In this document: positions 61,178 through 64,000 of the stretch, one piece after another | Layout: each line of letters starts with the position of its first letter | Numbering within the stretch: position 1 is the first letter of the stretch | Origin: Candidatus Cloacimonadales bacterium | GTDB lineage: Bacteria; Cloacimonadota; Cloacimonadia; Cloacimonadales; DAONDQ01 | NCBI GenBank assembly: GCA_963662275.1 | Contig: OY759316.1 | Location: 3,488,001-3,552,000 of the forward strand | Direction: 5' to 3' | Length of the DNA stretch: 64,000 nt | The notes under the pieces: model-generated | Told to the model about the DNA's origin: nothing | The model's database searches: none | The model's input: only the letters and a program-made list of their open reading frames with translations | Position numbers and translations under genes: made by a program

Positions 61178-63388
61178 ATGAAACACAATATTAGATATTT
61201 ATTTCTAGCCTTGTTTTTCGTACTATTTAATAGTCTTTTATTCTCCAGCGAACTAAGAACTGTAAGGCTACAATTGAAATGGAAACATCAATTCCAGTTT
61301 GCCGGTTATTATGCAGCCATAGAAAAAGGATTTTATCGAGATGCCGGTTTTCACGTTGAACTATTGGAACTCGGTGATAATGAAACCCCTTTCGATGCAG
61401 TGTTCAATAATAAGGCAGAATTTGGCACAAGTACTACAGATATCCTTCAAGCTCGATCAATGGGTAAAAAAGCAGTTGTCTTAGCAACCATCTTTCAACA
61501 CTCTCCCCATATCATTATCACTCTGCAAGAATCTGGAATTCTAAATGTTCACGGACTTGTTGGTAAAAGAATTGCCGTAGAACCAGGTGCACTTGAACTA
61601 TATGCCTTCCTGATAGCAGAAGGAGTCTCTTTAGATCGTTGTATCATAGAGGAATTTGATTTTAATTACGATAAATTAACTCGTGGGGAAGTTGATGCGA
61701 TAACCGCATATTCAACAGATGAACCCTATATCTTAACCCACTCTGGCAAAGAAATTAATATCTTATATCCTTCTTCAGCAGGGATTGATTTTTATGGTGA
61801 TTTGTTGTATACGAGGGAAGATATAATAAAAAAAGATCCGCAAATGGTCGAGAAATTCAGGGCTGCTTCTCTCAAAGGGTGGAATTATGCCATGATGAAC
61901 CAGGAAGAAATGGTCAATTTGATCTATAAAAAGTACAGTAAGAGACATACTTTAGACCATCTGAGATTCGAAGCAAATCAAATGCAAAAGCTAATTTTGC
62001 CGAATGTTGTTGAAATTGGATATACAAATCCAGGAAGATGGCAAGCCATTTTGGACTCTTACAAGAGCCTCGGCAGAGTTGACAAATCTTTAACAATTAA
62101 TGGTTTACTATATGATGATTATATAAAGCATAATATCAAGATCCCCTGGAAGATAATCATTATCCTCTTAATCGCTTTAGTAATGACATATTTCCTGTTA
62201 GTTTTCTATTACTCCACAAATAAAAAACTACAGAAGGAGATTCTCAAAAGAGAAATTGTGCAGAAGGAATTATCCGCCAGGGAATCACTTTATCGTTCAA
62301 TCCTCAAGGCATCGCCTGATGATATCACAGTAACTGATTTGCAAGGTAATATACTGGTTGTCTCGATTGCCGGCGTACAATTAATGGGGTTTCAATCGGA
62401 AAGCAATCTTCTCGGTAAAAACGTCCAAGATTTTACACATCCTGATGACCGTATTCGATCCTTGAAGAATGTGAAGCTAATGTTGGAAGGTATAACAAGT
62501 GGACCGGAAGAATATCGGTTAATTAAATGTGATGGAACAGTCATAGATGTAGAAACAAACGCAGAGATTTACAGGGATACAGATGAACAGCCAAAAGGAA
62601 TAGTCATCGTAATTCGCGATATCAGGGAACGCAAACAACGGGAAAATGAAATAAAAGAGATCAATGCGCAACTTCTAAAAATGAACGTCGAAAAAGATAA
62701 ATTCTTTTCCATTATAGCTCATGATTTACGTAGTCCATTCAATGCTTTTTTAGGTTATACACAGTTGTTGTTGGATGACATTGCGACGATGGAACCAATG
62801 AAAATTCAAACTTTTGCCAGTAATCTGAATAACTCTGCGAAGAACCTGTTCCGTTTATTAGAAAATCTCCTGGAATGGTCTCGAATTGAACAAGGATTAA
62901 CAGTTCCCAAACCATGTTTTTTCTTTGTTAATGATGTTATCAACGAAAGCTTGAAAATGATCAGGGATGCTTCTCAATTAAAAAATCTAGAAATTGTCGC
63001 CAATATTCATATAGATTACCAGGTAGAGGCAGATTATCAAATGATAGAGACTGTTCTCCGCAACTTGCTCTCCAATGCAGTTAAATTTACACCCAGAGAC
63101 GGTAGTATAACAATATCATCTGTCAAATCTTCCGAGAATTGGGTCGAAGTATCAGTGAAAGATACGGGTATTGGAATGAATAAAGAAATGACAAATAGCC
63201 TGTTCAACATAGATGCTTATAATAGACGACCTGGTACGGAAGGGGAAGCAAGCACCGGCTTAGGCTTGCTTTTATGTAAGGAATTTATCGAATTAAATGG
63301 AGGTGTTTTATGTTTTAGTTCCATAGAAGGAGAAGGAAGTGTTTTTTCTTTTACTCTGAAGATGGCAGAACTGAAAATAGCAGATTGA
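61178..63388 (+). CDS. Sensor histidine kinase with NMT1/THI5-like periplasmic binding domain, TM and PAS
   Basis: LQLKWKHQFQFAGYYAAIEKGFY; PAS; IIAHDLRSP; NLLSNAVKFT, VKDTGIG, TGLGL, EGEGSVF. Confidence 0.9.
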   Translation: MKHNIRYLFLALFFVLFNSLLFSSELRTVRLQLKWKHQFQFAGYYAAIEKGFYRDAGFHVELLELGDNETPFDAVFNNKAEFGTSTTDILQARSMGKKAVVLATIFQHSPHIIITLQESGILNVHGLVGKRIAVEPGALELYAFLIAEGVSLDRCIIEEFDFNYDKLTRGEVDAITAYSTDEPYILTHSGKEINILYPSSAGIDFYGDLLYTREDIIKKDPQMVEKFRAASLKGWNYAMMNQEEMVNLIYKKYSKRHTLDHLRFEANQMQKLILPNVVEIGYTNPGRWQAILDSYKSLGRVDKSLTINGLLYDDYIKHNIKIPWKIIIILLIALVMTYFLLVFYYSTNKKLQKEILKREIVQKELSARESLYRSILKASPDDITVTDLQGNILVVSIAGVQLMGFQSESNLLGKNVQDFTHPDDRIRSLKNVKLMLEGITSGPEEYRLIKCDGTVIDVETNAEIYRDTDEQPKGIVIVIRDIRERKQRENEIKEINAQLLKMNVEKDKFFSIIAHDLRSPFNAFLGYTQLLLDDIATMEPMKIQTFASNLNNSAKNLFRLLENLLEWSRIEQGLTVPKPCFFFVNDVINESLKMIRDASQLKNLEIVANIHIDYQVEADYQMIETVLRNLLSNAVKFTPRDGSITISSVKSSENWVEVSVKDTGIGMNKEMTNSLFNIDAYNRRPGTEGEASTGLGLLLCKEFIELNGGVLCFSSIEGEGSVFSFTLKMAELKIAD

Positions 63389-63550
63389 CCCCCCTACCCC
63401 CCTTCCCAAGGGGGGAAAAGACATAAAACATCACTTTCAGGGGGAAAAGACAAAAAAACATCACTTTCAGGGGGATAAGAAATCCCCCTTTGGGAAGGGG
63501 AGAAAACAAAAATCCCCCCTTGGGAAGGGGGGTAGGGGGGTCAATCTGCT
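63379..63550. repeat. MITE-like C6/G6 palindromic element, 37-bp perfect inverted repeat overlapping the kinase stop codon
   Basis: AGCAGATTGACCCCCCTACCCCCCTTCCCAAGGGGGG ... CCCCCCTTGGGAAGGGGGGTAGGGGGGTCAATCTGCT; internal ~30-bp tandem duplication. Confidence 0.8.
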
Positions 63551-63562
63551 GCCCTGCTAGTT

Positions 63563-64000
63563 TTAAGTAGTAACTTTTATTTTCACCTTCACGATTTTCT
63601 TATTTGTGACTTGAAGAATTTGAATGCGACAATTATCTAAGTTCAAATAATGCCCTTGGGCAGGTATTTTCTCTAGGCGATCGATGATCAGACCTGCAAT
63701 TGTTGTATAATTACCAACCGGAAGATCAATATCATACTCATCCATTAAACGATCAATTTCCACATCGCCTTCCACAATAAATAGATTGTCACCTATCTTT
63801 GTGATATCCTTGTTGTCATCTTCATCGGCATCATATTCGTCTTCAATATCGCCTACGATTTCTTCAAGAATATCTTCCATCGTGACAATACCGGCAGTCC
63901 CGCCATATGAATCACTGATGATTGCCATACTTTTCTTATGGATCTGCATTTCTTTCATCAGATTATCGATATCCATGGTTTCAGGGGCAAAATAAGGTGT
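63563..64000 (-). CDS. Hemolysin/CorC-family CBS + transporter-associated domain protein (C-terminal part)
   Basis: PYFAPET...D.YGGTAGIVTMEDILEEIVGDIEDEYD; YTTIAGLI; frame open to window end. Confidence 0.88.
   Translation of the reverse strand, partial: TPYFAPETMDIDNLMKEMQIHKKSMAIISDSYGGTAGIVTMEDILEEIVGDIEDEYDADEDDNKDITKIGDNLFIVEGDVEIDRLMDEYDIDLPVGNYTTIAGLIIDRLEKIPAQGHYLNLDNCRIQILQVTNKKIVKVKIKVTT

Overview
Low-GC bacterial chromosome segment. The gene content (many large secreted proteins ending in an FlgD-Ig/Por-type C-terminal sorting domain, gingipain-like C25 proteases, tricorn-like S41 protease, bifunctional FtcD) is most consistent with an FCB-group organism such as Cloacimonadota; this taxonomy is inference. 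Housekeeping blocks (TPR-dusB-trmH-HD-GYP-aroK-ftcD; two lipoproteins-ruvX-mltG; lepB-hemW-hypothetical-MCE-Omp85) alternate with secreted protease/adhesin genes. Four IS elements are present: an IS3 split by an IS21 with an adjacent deletion, an IS1182, and an IS256/Mutator-like element with an 8-bp TSD and an out-of-frame start. There is also an IS3 end relic and many intergenic repeats: GTAG-type REPs, C6/G6 palindromic MITE-like elements and inverted arrays with 11-bp period. The most interesting observations are (i) a tandem Rgp-like + Kgp-like gingipain pair whose maturation-site residues look swapped, suggesting reciprocal activation, (ii) a duplicated REP-led cassette carrying an unrecognised 52-codon segment under purifying selection, and (iii) recurrent 11-bp-phased palindromic arrays. 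No rRNA, tRNA, CRISPR array or reverse transcriptase was seen.
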